From assembly GCA_964558675.1 (NCBI GenBank), contig CAZLEY010000002.1, positions 9,359 to 73,358 on the forward strand: a DNA stretch of 64,000 nt, given 5' to 3'. A program made the translations under genes and the position numbers. The notes under the pieces were generated by a model. That model was given only the letters and a program-made list of their open reading frames with translations. It made no database searches and was not told the origin of the DNA. The DNA is from an uncultured Dehalococcoidaceae bacterium (GTDB lineage: Bacteria; Chloroflexota; Dehalococcoidia; Dehalococcoidales; RBG-16-60-22). Shown here in pieces: positions 9,358 through 17,971 of this stretch (positions are counted from its first letter, which is position 1; each line of letters starts with the position of its first letter).

Positions 9358-9385
9358 TTGCTGCAAATGAGAAGCATTTGTATTT
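9358..9385. promoter_or_regulatory. Candidate Fur box upstream of feoA
   Basis: Core TGCAAATGAGAAGCATTTGTA at 9362-9382. The arm CAAATG and its reverse complement CATTTG form an inverted repeat. Confidence 0.45.
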
Positions 9386-9435
9386 AACCAGTCTGGCTGT
9401 GGGAAAGACCGGGGAAAGCGCAGGAGACATACCAT

Positions 9436-9690
9436 ATGAGTGATAGAAAGCAGGTATCTCTGACCATGCTGAAAGCTGGCCAGAGCGGCAGAATAGTCCA
9501 GGTTCAGGGCGGGCCGGGCTTAATCAACCGGCTTAGCGTAATGGGTGTAAGACCGGGCGGGCGTATAACCAAAGTGAGTTCCATGCTTATGAGGGGTCCG
9601 GTTACCGTCCAGATTGGCAGAACTCAGGTAGCCATGGGTTTCGGCATGGCCAGGAGAGTGATTGTTGAGGTGGTAGGGGCGGGGACGTGA
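9436..9690 (+). CDS. feoA: Ferrous iron transport protein FeoA
   Basis: 84-aa SH3-like protein with LTMLKAGQSGRIVQV...RLSVMGVRPG. Its end overlaps the feoB start. Confidence 0.85.
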   Translation: MSDRKQVSLTMLKAGQSGRIVQVQGGPGLINRLSVMGVRPGGRITKVSSMLMRGPVTVQIGRTQVAMGFGMARRVIVEVVGAGT

Positions 9691-11393
9691 AAATTCTGCT
9701 TATGGGCAATCCCAATGTCGGGAAGAGCGTTGTCTTCTCCCGCCTTACCGGCGTTGGCGTCATCGCTTCCAACTATCCGGGGACGACTGTAAGCTATACC
9801 AGAGGCTTCACGAAAATCGGAGATGACAGGGTTGAGGTCATTGATGTCCCCGGCACCTATACGCTGGAGCCGACCAGCGAAGCCGAGGAAGTTGCCGCGC
9901 GGATGCTTGATGAAGGGGACGTGGTTGTAAATGTTGTCGATGCTACCAACCTGGAACGGAACCTTTATTTAACCCTGCAACTATTGGAAAGACATGTTCC
10001 GGTAGTGGTCGCCCTGAATATATGGGATGACACCAAGCATCGTGGGATAAATATTGACCTGGAAAAGCTTAGAGAGCTTCTGGGTATACCTGTAACCCCG
10101 ACGGTGGCGGTAGCTGGTGAGGGCATAAAGGAACTGGTAGATAGTATTCCCAGAGCTGTCTCGCCCGATATGCCGGCTCGGAGCCGTGATGAGCGCTGGG
10201 CCGCCATCGGCGGTATCATTGACCAGGTTCAGCACATTACTCACCGCCATCATACCTGGCGGGAGAGGTTGGCCGATGCCAGTGTCAAGCCCCTGAGTGG
10301 AGGAGTCATAGCACTGGTCATCTTGGCCTGCGCCTTTTTTATCGTCCGTTTTATCGGCGAGAGCCTTATCGGCTATGTGTTTGACCCCCTGTTTAATACC
10401 CTGTGGACACCGGTTCTGTCGTGGTTAGGCAACCTCATGGGTAGTACGGGTTTTCTCCACGATATCGTAATCGGTAAGCTCATCGATGGCGAACTGGACT
10501 TTGTTCAGTCATTCGGATTATTATCCAGCGGTCTTTATGTGCCTTTTGCCATGGTCCTGCCTTATATTTTCTCTTTCTATCTCGTACTTGGGCTACTTGA
10601 AGATGCAGGATATTTGCCCCGGCTCGGGGTTTTGATGGATACAGTCATGCACCGTCTGGGCTTGCACGGATATGCTATCATTCCGACCTTGCTTGGACTT
10701 GGCTGCAATGTGCCGGCTATCCTTGCCACGCGTATCCTGGAAAGCACTAGAGGGAGGTTTATTGCCGCCACGCTGATTTCTATTGCCGTACCCTGTGCTG
10801 CACTGCAGGCGATGATTTTCGGCCTTGTTGGCGAGCGTGGAGTGCAGTATGTTGCCATCGTCTACGGCACACTGTTCGTGGTCTGGGTCATTCTGGGTAT
10901 TATACTCCGCCATACTACCAGGGGATTTACTCCTGAGTTGCTCATCGAGATTCCTCCATATCGTATGCCACTATGGCAAGCCGTATTACAGAAACTGTGG
11001 ATGAGGACCTATGGTTTCCTGAAGGAAGCCGTGCCCATAATCCTGGGGGCCGTCCTGGTCATCAACGTTCTCTATTTCCTCGGGGTATTTGGCGCCATTG
11101 CTGATTTCACGGCACCGGTGATAACCGGTCTTCTGGGGCTGCCCAAGGAAGCGGTAACGGCTTTAGTAATCGGTTTTCTCCGCAAGGATGTAGCCTTGGG
11201 TATGCTGGCTCCGCTGGCGCTGAGCTCTGAGCAACTGGTCGTTGGCAGCGTTGTTCTGGCTATGTTTTTCCCGTGTATTGCGACCTTCGTTGTTCTCCTT
11301 AGAGAACTCGGGGTGGTAAACATGCTTAAGTCGGCCGGTATAATGATTTCCTCGGCACTCATCGCTGGGGGAATATTGAATTTGATTCTCTAG
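9687..11393 (+). CDS. feoB: Ferrous iron transporter FeoB (short form)
   Basis: N-terminal G-domain GNPNVGKSVVFSRLTG...DVPGTY...NIWD followed by a polytopic membrane domain. GTG start. Confidence 0.9.
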   Translation: MKILLMGNPNVGKSVVFSRLTGVGVIASNYPGTTVSYTRGFTKIGDDRVEVIDVPGTYTLEPTSEAEEVAARMLDEGDVVVNVVDATNLERNLYLTLQLLERHVPVVVALNIWDDTKHRGINIDLEKLRELLGIPVTPTVAVAGEGIKELVDSIPRAVSPDMPARSRDERWAAIGGIIDQVQHITHRHHTWRERLADASVKPLSGGVIALVILACAFFIVRFIGESLIGYVFDPLFNTLWTPVLSWLGNLMGSTGFLHDIVIGKLIDGELDFVQSFGLLSSGLYVPFAMVLPYIFSFYLVLGLLEDAGYLPRLGVLMDTVMHRLGLHGYAIIPTLLGLGCNVPAILATRILESTRGRFIAATLISIAVPCAALQAMIFGLVGERGVQYVAIVYGTLFVVWVILGIILRHTTRGFTPELLIEIPPYRMPLWQAVLQKLWMRTYGFLKEAVPIILGAVLVINVLYFLGVFGAIADFTAPVITGLLGLPKEAVTALVIGFLRKDVALGMLAPLALSSEQLVVGSVVLAMFFPCIATFVVLLRELGVVNMLKSAGIMISSALIAGGILNLIL

Positions 11394-11460
11394 TATGCCT
11401 GGATGTGAAAACACCAAACCAGCGCACGGTCATAAAATATAGCCAACGTTTCTGTGCCTA

Positions 11461-11490
11461 TTGATAATACCTTACGGGGTAGGGTATAAT
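11461..11490 (+). promoter_or_regulatory. Candidate promoter of metVF
   Basis: TTGATA at 11461-11466, an 18-nt spacer, then TATAAT at 11485-11490. Confidence 0.4.
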
Positions 11491-11593
11491 ATTTATGGTT
11501 TACTTCATGCAATACCTATTTAGAGCTGACGCCATATTCCAGCGCTGGTCAACGTCTTATGTCAGCAAATTATGAAATCAGGGGGGTGTATCT

Positions 11594-12313
11594 ATGCATG
11601 CAACAATTCAGAAGCCGATTGACGAAATACTGGGCTATCTCAAGCCCGATGAGCGGGTGTTCGTCGTCGGCTGCGACAACTGCGCCGCCAAATGTCAATC
11701 GGGAGGTATACCCGAGACTGAGGAAATGGCAAATCGGTTAAAGGAAAAAGGGGTGAATATAGTTGGGTGGTGTGTACCCCAGCCAAAGGGAATATCACTC
11801 TGCAAACTCTCAAATACTGCGAAAGTGCTCCAAGAGGAATATGGCGAGGAGACCAAACAGGCAGATTCCTTTTTGGTTCTTGCCTGTGGACAGGGCTTTC
11901 ATACCGTAATGGATGCTACTGACGGCGGCATGGTTCACCCCGGGTGCGATACCATCTTCGGGGGCGAGACAGTGACTGATAACTTTATCACGGAATACTG
12001 CTCCTTATGCGGAGAATGTATCGTGGAGTATACCGGCGGTCTGTGTCCGGTAACGCTCTGTGCCAAGAGCCTGCTTAACGGTCCCTGTGGAGGAGCCAAG
12101 GACGGCAAGTGCGAAGTGGATAGAACCCGGGACTGCGGCTGGCAGCTTATCTATGACCGGCTCAAGGAGCTTGGCCGTCTGGATGAAATGAATGCATACA
12201 GGGAACCCAAGAACAATTCCAGGTGGAGCCGGCCGCGTTCGCTGACTATCGGTGAAGGGGAAGCAACCTTCAGGTCGCTCTCCGGTGAACAAAAGGTCGC
12301 CAGCCACGCTTAG
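11594..12313 (+). CDS. metV: Methylene-THF reductase-associated Fe-S/zinc-ribbon subunit MetV
   Basis: Cys-rich: GCDNCAAKC...CSLCGECIVEYTGGLCPVTLCAKSLLNGPCGGAKDGKCEV. This is typical of the MTHFR C-terminal-domain protein encoded next to acetogen metF. Confidence 0.75.
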   Translation: MHATIQKPIDEILGYLKPDERVFVVGCDNCAAKCQSGGIPETEEMANRLKEKGVNIVGWCVPQPKGISLCKLSNTAKVLQEEYGEETKQADSFLVLACGQGFHTVMDATDGGMVHPGCDTIFGGETVTDNFITEYCSLCGECIVEYTGGLCPVTLCAKSLLNGPCGGAKDGKCEVDRTRDCGWQLIYDRLKELGRLDEMNAYREPKNNSRWSRPRSLTIGEGEATFRSLSGEQKVASHA

Positions 12314-12348
12314 AGCGGGTGGACTTTTAAGAAGGAGCATAATAAAAG

Positions 12349-13254
12349 ATGAGCAAACTGAGACAGACACTTGAAAGCGGGCAATTCGTGGTTACCGGGG
12401 AAATCGGGCCGCCGAAAGGCGTTGACTTGGATAAATGCCTCCATGATGCAGAGGTAATGCGAGACCATGTGACCGCTATTAACGTTACCGACCTGCAAAG
12501 TGCTGTATTGCGTATTGGCTCGATGGCTGTTTCCACAAGATTGATTGAGCGAGGTCTGGAGCCGATTTACCAGCTTACCTGCCGTGACCGGAACCGGCTG
12601 GCACTTCAGTCAGACCTGCTGAGTGCGTGGGCACTGGGGATAGAAAATGTTCTGTGCCTTACCGGCGACCATCCCATCCTGGGTGACCACACCGAAGCGA
12701 AGCCGGTTTATGACCTTGACTCGGTCCAGCTGCTTAAAGCAGCCAGCACTCTAAACCAGGGACGCGATATGGCGGGTCACGAACTGGATAGCGCCCCTGG
12801 CTTTTTTCTGGGTGCAGTGGTAACCCCTGGTGCAGAGCCCCTGGAGCCGCAAATTATCAAAATGAAGAAGAAGATTGAGGCTGGAGCCAGGTTCTTCCAG
12901 ACCCAATCCGTTTACGAGCCGGATAAATTCGAGCACTTTATGGGTCAGGTTCAGGGCTTTAATGTTCCGGTTATAGCTGGAATTGTGGTACTAAAAAGCG
13001 CTGCCATGGCCAAGTTTATGAATTCAAACGTGGCTGGAATTAGCGTGCCGGAGGGCATCATCCGTGAGATGGATGAGACCAAAAAGGAGGACCGCAAGAA
13101 AAAGGCGGTGGAGATTACCGCACGCATTATCCGGCAGGTCAAGCCGCTTTGCCAGGGAGTCCACATTATGCCTCTGGGATGGGACGAACTGATACCGGAA
13201 ATTATCAGCGAAGCAGAACTAAGCTGGGAGGCGAGAACTCCGCAGGAGAAGTAG
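12349..13254 (+). CDS. metF: 5,10-methylenetetrahydrofolate reductase MetF (acetogen/anaerobe type)
   Basis: Starts MSKLRQTLESGQFVVTGEIGPPKG, with later CLTGDHP and FFQTQSVYE motifs. 301 aa. Confidence 0.85.
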   Translation: MSKLRQTLESGQFVVTGEIGPPKGVDLDKCLHDAEVMRDHVTAINVTDLQSAVLRIGSMAVSTRLIERGLEPIYQLTCRDRNRLALQSDLLSAWALGIENVLCLTGDHPILGDHTEAKPVYDLDSVQLLKAASTLNQGRDMAGHELDSAPGFFLGAVVTPGAEPLEPQIIKMKKKIEAGARFFQTQSVYEPDKFEHFMGQVQGFNVPVIAGIVVLKSAAMAKFMNSNVAGISVPEGIIREMDETKKEDRKKKAVEITARIIRQVKPLCQGVHIMPLGWDELIPEIISEAELSWEARTPQEK

Positions 13255-13269
13255 CCTTAAAGCAGGGTA

Positions 13270-13659
13270 ATGTATAAGATTCTGATAATCGATGACGACG
13301 CTGACTTCATTGCCGTAACGAAGATGGTACTTGAGTCCAGGTCTGACTACCAGGTGCTTACCGCAGATAATGGTGTTTTTGGCCTGCCAATCGCCAAAGC
13401 CGAAAAACCTGACCTTATTATCCTGGACGTTATCATGCCCTTTGAGGATGGGTTCACAACGTCCAGACAGTTCAAGGCTGACCCGGAACTGAAAAAAATC
13501 CCGATAATAATACTTACCAGCTTCTCGCAGAGGATGGGTGAGACTGATGTCTCCGTCGCTCAGGGCATGGACCTCGAGGCTGAAGACTATGTTGAAAAAC
13601 CTGTCAGCCCCCAGCAACTCCTTGACAGGGTGGATAGGCTGCTCCAAGCAGAAGGATAA
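13270..13659 (+). CDS. Stand-alone response-regulator receiver domain (CheY-like)
   Basis: ILIIDDD...PDLIILDVIMP...IPIIILTS. 129 aa with no output domain. Confidence 0.85.
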   Translation: MYKILIIDDDADFIAVTKMVLESRSDYQVLTADNGVFGLPIAKAEKPDLIILDVIMPFEDGFTTSRQFKADPELKKIPIIILTSFSQRMGETDVSVAQGMDLEAEDYVEKPVSPQQLLDRVDRLLQAEG

Positions 13660-13730
13660 CTATAATATTATAGGTGGGTGGGAAGGAGAACAACAACGCC
13701 TTAATATCTGGACCGAGCAGGGTAAGCTTT

Positions 13731-14426
13731 ATGAAGGTGATTGGGCTGATCGGGGGAATGAGCTGGAATTCAACTCTGGAATACTACCGCCTTATCAACG
13801 AACTGGTGGCTGACAGACTGGGTGGCCTGCATTCAGCTCGTATAGTGCTGTATAGTCTCGACTTTGAAGAGATAGAGCGTGCTCAACGGGAGGCAAATTG
13901 GGGCGAGGCTGCAGACACTCTTGTTGCGGCTGGTATAGCCTTGAAGCAGGCGGGCGCCGATTTTATCCTGATATGCACCAACACCATGCACAAAGTTGCC
14001 GATGTGGTATCTGAAAGAGCCGATTTACTGTTGCTTCATATCGTTGATGTGGTCGGTAATGACATTAAAAAGCTGGGTTTACATAAGGTAGGATTGCTCG
14101 GAACAAGGTTTGTCATGGAAGAGGAATTCTATCGAGAAAGGCTCGAAAAATCCTTTGGCATTGAGGTTCTAACGCCGCTCAAAGAAGAAAGGCCCGTGAT
14201 TGATATGATAATATATAAAGAACTGTGCCAGGGAAGAATAGAGGATACTTCGCGTCAGACCTGCATTGAAATGATTGATGGTCTGACAGGGCGTGGAGCC
14301 GAGGGCGTAATCCTAGGGTGTACCGAACTGCCACTGCTTATAAACTCCGGTGATGTACCGGTTCGCCTGTTCGATACAACCAGACTGCATGCTGAGGCTG
14401 CAGTAAGACTTGCGTTGGAAGAATGA
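13731..14426 (+). CDS. Aspartate/glutamate racemase family protein
   Basis: MKVIGLIGGMSWNSTLEYYRLINE...ILICTNTMH...ILGCTELPLL. The start is moved to the internal ATG at 13731, which matches the family N-terminus. Confidence 0.8.
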   Translation: MKVIGLIGGMSWNSTLEYYRLINELVADRLGGLHSARIVLYSLDFEEIERAQREANWGEAADTLVAAGIALKQAGADFILICTNTMHKVADVVSERADLLLLHIVDVVGNDIKKLGLHKVGLLGTRFVMEEEFYRERLEKSFGIEVLTPLKEERPVIDMIIYKELCQGRIEDTSRQTCIEMIDGLTGRGAEGVILGCTELPLLINSGDVPVRLFDTTRLHAEAAVRLALEE

Positions 14427-15064
14427 AAATTACGGTTGTCTACGATAATCGCACGGTCAAAGCAGGACTGAGAACCGGCTGGGGATTTTCGTCTCTTATA
14501 GAGACTGACGACGCACCACCGCTTCTCTTCGATACCGGCGCTGATGGCCCTACTCTACTTTACAACATGAAACAGCTTGGCATTGACCCTGATAGTATAG
14601 AGGTAATCGTTATCTCCCACCGTCATAGCGACCATACCGGTGGCCTGTCCGACATACTGGAGGCAAACGGGCACGCTGTGATTTATCTCCCGGCTTCCGT
14701 CGGGGTAAGGCTGCCGGGAAGAACGGTAATCTCGGTCAGCCAATCTGTTCGCATCTCAGATACCGTATTTTCTACTGGTGAGCTAAATAACACTGAACAG
14801 TCGCTGGCTGTAAAAACAGGTAAAGGTATACTGGTGGTCACAGGCTGCTCCCACCCTGGAGTCGGAGCAATCCTTGATGCTGCTTCTCAACATGGCAGCG
14901 TTTACGGCATAATCGGTGGGTTCCACGGCTTTCGCGAATTCAATCGGCTGGAAGGCCTGTCCCTGGTATGCCCCTGTCACTGCACTCAACACACGTCTGA
15001 GATACAGCAGCTGTTCCCTGACCAGTATATAGCCTGCGGGGCAGGTCTTGAGATGGAGCTATAA
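14423..15064 (+). CDS. MBL-fold metallo-hydrolase
   Basis: Has the HRHSDHTGG metal-binding motif. Its start overlaps the racemase stop in an ATGA arrangement. Confidence 0.75.
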   Translation: MKITVVYDNRTVKAGLRTGWGFSSLIETDDAPPLLFDTGADGPTLLYNMKQLGIDPDSIEVIVISHRHSDHTGGLSDILEANGHAVIYLPASVGVRLPGRTVISVSQSVRISDTVFSTGELNNTEQSLAVKTGKGILVVTGCSHPGVGAILDAASQHGSVYGIIGGFHGFREFNRLEGLSLVCPCHCTQHTSEIQQLFPDQYIACGAGLEMEL

Positions 15065-15075
15065 AAAGGAATTAA

Positions 15076-15288
15076 ATGGCGAAGGAATCCAGTTCATTCG
15101 GGCATAGCGTCGAGCGCCGTCGGGAAATACTGTACGGCACACCGGGAATAGTGATTTACCGTGATGGCCGGCCGGTTCTCTGGATACCGGATGAATTCGG
15201 CAAACTTACTAAAGAGCTTTCGTACAAGGACCTTGAGGCACTCCAGAAGGAGCTGAAGAAATATCTGAAGTCAGAGACTTCGGATTAA
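15076..15288 (+). CDS. Hypothetical protein
   Basis: 70-aa ORF lying 11 nt after the MBL gene. No recognisable motif. Confidence 0.4.
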   Translation: MAKESSSFGHSVERRREILYGTPGIVIYRDGRPVLWIPDEFGKLTKELSYKDLEALQKELKKYLKSETSD

Positions 15289-15377
15289 GATACTGGAGAT
15301 ATTAGCCAGTTACCCTCTAATACTGATTTTATATCCGGGGGACTCGTATTCTCCTTTCCTCACTTCAGGGCAGAGGG

Positions 15378-15406
15378 TTGACAATAACAGGGCAGAGAAG
15401 TATAAT
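15378..15406 (+). promoter_or_regulatory. Consensus sigma-70-type promoter of the cofactor island
   Basis: TTGACA at 15378-15383, a 17-nt spacer, then TATAAT at 15401-15406. Confidence 0.6.
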
Positions 15407-15422
15407 GTAAGTGGGCATATGA

Positions 15423-15457
15423 CCATAATAGTAAATCATTTATATATTAAATTATGG
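15423..15457. promoter_or_regulatory. Candidate metalloregulator operator in the leader of the island
   Basis: Inverted repeat CCATAAT (15423-15429) / ATTATGG (15451-15457) encloses the near-palindrome TAAATCATTTA (15432-15442). The region resembles AT-rich Fur-type boxes. Confidence 0.35.
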
Positions 15458-15489
15458 ACATAGAACATAAATTGCAAGGATAATGAGTC

Positions 15490-15990
15490 ATGGGAAGACA
15501 ACCACGTTGGCGGCGGGTAGGCAGTATACCCGAGGTAACCTATTTCAAGCCTGCGGGCATACCTCTGGCTAATATTCAGGAGGTGTGCCTGTCCATTGAT
15601 GAAGCTGAGGCGGTTCGACTTAAGGACATAGAGGGGCTTGAGCAGGATGAGTGTGCCCGAAAAATGAACGTATCACGCTCTACTTTTGCCCGGATACTGC
15701 TCTCGGCGCGTCAGAAGATGGCTGATGCCCTGCTCAATGGAAAGGCGATAAGGATTGAAGGCGGTAATTATGAGATGGCGGTACGGCATTTCCGCTGTAG
15801 GAACGGTCACGAGTGGGAGGTACCTTTTGAGAAAATGATAGAGCAACCGCCGGAGCTCTGCCCTACCTGCAATACACCCGAAATCATGTCATTGTGGCCC
15901 TGGAGACCCGGCTTACGGGGTGGCGGCAGACGGCTCAGGGGAAGACACAGAATTGGTGAAGAAGCTCAGGCGGGCAGATTAACCAGATGA
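15490..15990 (+). CDS. DUF134 (UPF0251) HTH protein with a C-terminal zinc-ribbon and an Arg/Gly-rich tail
   Basis: Starts [25 protein letters not shown], with [37 protein letters not shown]. This is followed by CRNGH...CPTCNTP and [16 protein letters not shown]. Confidence 0.7.
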   Translation: MGRQPRWRRVGSIPEVTYFKPAGIPLANIQEVCLSIDEAEAVRLKDIEGLEQDECARKMNVSRSTFARILLSARQKMADALLNGKAIRIEGGNYEMAVRHFRCRNGHEWEVPFEKMIEQPPELCPTCNTPEIMSLWPWRPGLRGGGRRLRGRHRIGEEAQAGRLTR

Positions 15991-16066
15991 CCTCTATCGG
16001 TGGTGGTCTATTCTATCGGGGCTGATGGTAGGCTATCTGAGGATGTGAATCTCGTTAAGGTTTAAT

Positions 16067-16792
16067 ATGATGAAAATTATTGAAGATTTACTGTCTACTT
16101 TGCATTACGATACCCAGGTAAGGGATATAAGGCAGGGTCTTTTCCATACCGCCGTGGTGACTAGAAACTGCGGGCTGGCGGCAACGCTTCCACGTGACGC
16201 CCTCCGTCAGGAGCCGCCATTGATGAAGGAGCCGGGGTTCCTGTTGGAGAAAAGTGCCCTGGAACTGGCCCGGATGTCTTACTCGGAAAGCATTCCAGAA
16301 GCGGCCATTGGTATGGCGACCATTAATTCGCTTCTTGATATTGACGAAGGTAGTTGCGCTAATCTTAATGCGCGGGACCTCATTTCTGAAAAGGGAAGGG
16401 GCAGGAGAGTAGCTATCGTAGGTCACTTCCCCTTTATACCCGGGCTCCGTGATGTGGTTAAGGAGCTCTGGGTAATTGAGAAGAATCCAGAGGAAGGCGA
16501 CTTGACCGAAGCCGAAGGGGCGACCTATATCCCCCAGGCTGATGTCGTGGGTATCACCGGCACCGCCTTTACCAACCATACCATCGACCAGCTTATGGAG
16601 TTATGCAATCCTGATGCTTACGTGGTGATACTGGGTGATACCGCTCCACTATCTCCCATTCTCTTTGATTATGGTATTGATGCTGTATCAGGCACAAAAG
16701 TGACCGATACAGACCTTGCCTTGCGCTGTGTCAGTCAGGGGGCTACCTACCGGCAGATTAAAGGAATTTCACAGCTCACCATGAAGAACTAG
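16067..16792 (+). CDS. DUF364 / putative heavy-metal chelation domain protein
   Basis: 241 aa with a Rossmann-like C-terminal half (RVAIVGHFPFIP...ADVVGITGTAFTNHT). Confidence 0.55.
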   Translation: MMKIIEDLLSTLHYDTQVRDIRQGLFHTAVVTRNCGLAATLPRDALRQEPPLMKEPGFLLEKSALELARMSYSESIPEAAIGMATINSLLDIDEGSCANLNARDLISEKGRGRRVAIVGHFPFIPGLRDVVKELWVIEKNPEEGDLTEAEGATYIPQADVVGITGTAFTNHTIDQLMELCNPDAYVVILGDTAPLSPILFDYGIDAVSGTKVTDTDLALRCVSQGATYRQIKGISQLTMKN

Positions 16793-16825
16793 ATAAAGAA
16801 ATGGACTACCATATAGGTACATGCA

Positions 16826-17281
16826 ATGAAAGCGACGACTGAAATAGACGGAAAATTCACCGGGCGAAACACCCAGCAACGCCAGATAATCCTGAAAATA
16901 ATCAAGCAGGCTAACGGACATATTGACGCTGACGGAATTTACTGGCAGGCCCGGCGGAAATCACCCAGCATCAGCCTGTCCACGGTATATCGCAGTTTGC
17001 AGCTTTTCAAGGAATTGCGGCTGGTCGAGGAGCATCAGCTTGACGGCATGCGGCGGTACTATGAAAGCGCGCCGTGTTACAAACATCACCATATGGTATG
17101 TCTCGGGTGCGGACGAATCTTTGAGTTTACCTGCCCGTCAACGGAGAGGATTAAGTCCAGGCTCGGCCGGGAAGAGGGCTTTAAAGTGACCGGTGTAGAT
17201 GTGCGTCTGGTAGGCTACTGCCCGGAGTGTCAGCGGCATTTTCTGGACACAGTGGATGATAAAAAAATAGAGAAAGGATAA
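16826..17281 (+). CDS. Fur family regulator, second paralogue embedded in the island
   Basis: NTQQRQIILKII...HHHMVCLGCGRIFEF...GYCPECQ. Confidence 0.8.
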   Translation: MKATTEIDGKFTGRNTQQRQIILKIIKQANGHIDADGIYWQARRKSPSISLSTVYRSLQLFKELRLVEEHQLDGMRRYYESAPCYKHHHMVCLGCGRIFEFTCPSTERIKSRLGREEGFKVTGVDVRLVGYCPECQRHFLDTVDDKKIEKG

Positions 17282-17294
17282 GAGGAGGTAAAAA

Positions 17295-17636
17295 ATGACT
17301 TATGGATTTGGACGAGGTAGAGGCTCTGGCCGTGGTTTCGGTGGCGGCATGGGCTTTGGCTTCCACGGAATGTCTCCTCCCTGGCCTTATGTAGGCCGTG
17401 GTAGAGGGGGACTACCCAGGTGCGGCTACTTCATGGGCGGCGCTGGTGCGCCTCAAGCATGGCCGTATCCGCAGGCTCCTTATTACGGAGCGCCACCTGC
17501 TTACGAATATGGTCCTACTGCCGGTCCGATGACCGGAGAGGAAGAGCTTAACTATCTGAAAGACCAGGCAGAGGCGATAAAGGGTGAGCTCGAGCAAATC
17601 GATTCTAGGATGCGCGACCTTGAAGCTCAGGAGTAA
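17295..17636 (+). CDS. DUF5320-like protein: Gly/Arg/Met-rich N-terminus, Pro/Tyr-rich middle and C-terminal coiled coil
   Basis: GRGRGSGRGFGGGMGFGF...EEELNYLKDQAEAIKGELEQIDSRMRDLEAQE. Confidence 0.65.
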   Translation: MTYGFGRGRGSGRGFGGGMGFGFHGMSPPWPYVGRGRGGLPRCGYFMGGAGAPQAWPYPQAPYYGAPPAYEYGPTAGPMTGEEELNYLKDQAEAIKGELEQIDSRMRDLEAQE

Positions 17637-17674
17637 CACGCACACAGGAATTGTTAAGGTAAAGGAGGTGTATT

Positions 17675-17962
17675 ATGCCGGGATTTGATGGTACCGGTCC
17701 TATGGGGATGGGGCCAATGACAGGCGGTGGCCGGGGCTTTTGCAGTCCCCGGGGAATGGTAGGTGGGAGACGGTGGTACGGTCACCCCCGCTGGACACCT
17801 TATGCCTATCCTTACTACAGTCCATCTGTTTTCAGCCCGTTTTCTCCACGGATGACCCGTGAGCAGGAAGTGGAGTTCTTAAAAAACGAGGCTCAGGCTA
17901 TGAGAGATGAGCTTAAGGAACTGGAAGCCAGGATAGGGCAACTGTCCACGGAAAAGGAATAA
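17675..17962 (+). CDS. DUF5320 family protein
   Basis: Starts MPGFDGTGPMGMGPMTGGGRGFC, the canonical DUF5320 opening. Has the C-terminal coiled coil REQEVEFLKNEAQAMRDELKELEARIGQL. Confidence 0.7.
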   Translation: MPGFDGTGPMGMGPMTGGGRGFCSPRGMVGGRRWYGHPRWTPYAYPYYSPSVFSPFSPRMTREQEVEFLKNEAQAMRDELKELEARIGQLSTEKE

Positions 17963-17971
17963 GGAGGGAAC

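Noticed and set aside
11491-11593. The ~100-nt metV leader examined for a riboswitch (SAM, THF, B12).
   Set aside because: I could not recognise the conserved cores of any of these classes. Only short palindromes such as CAGCGCTG are present.
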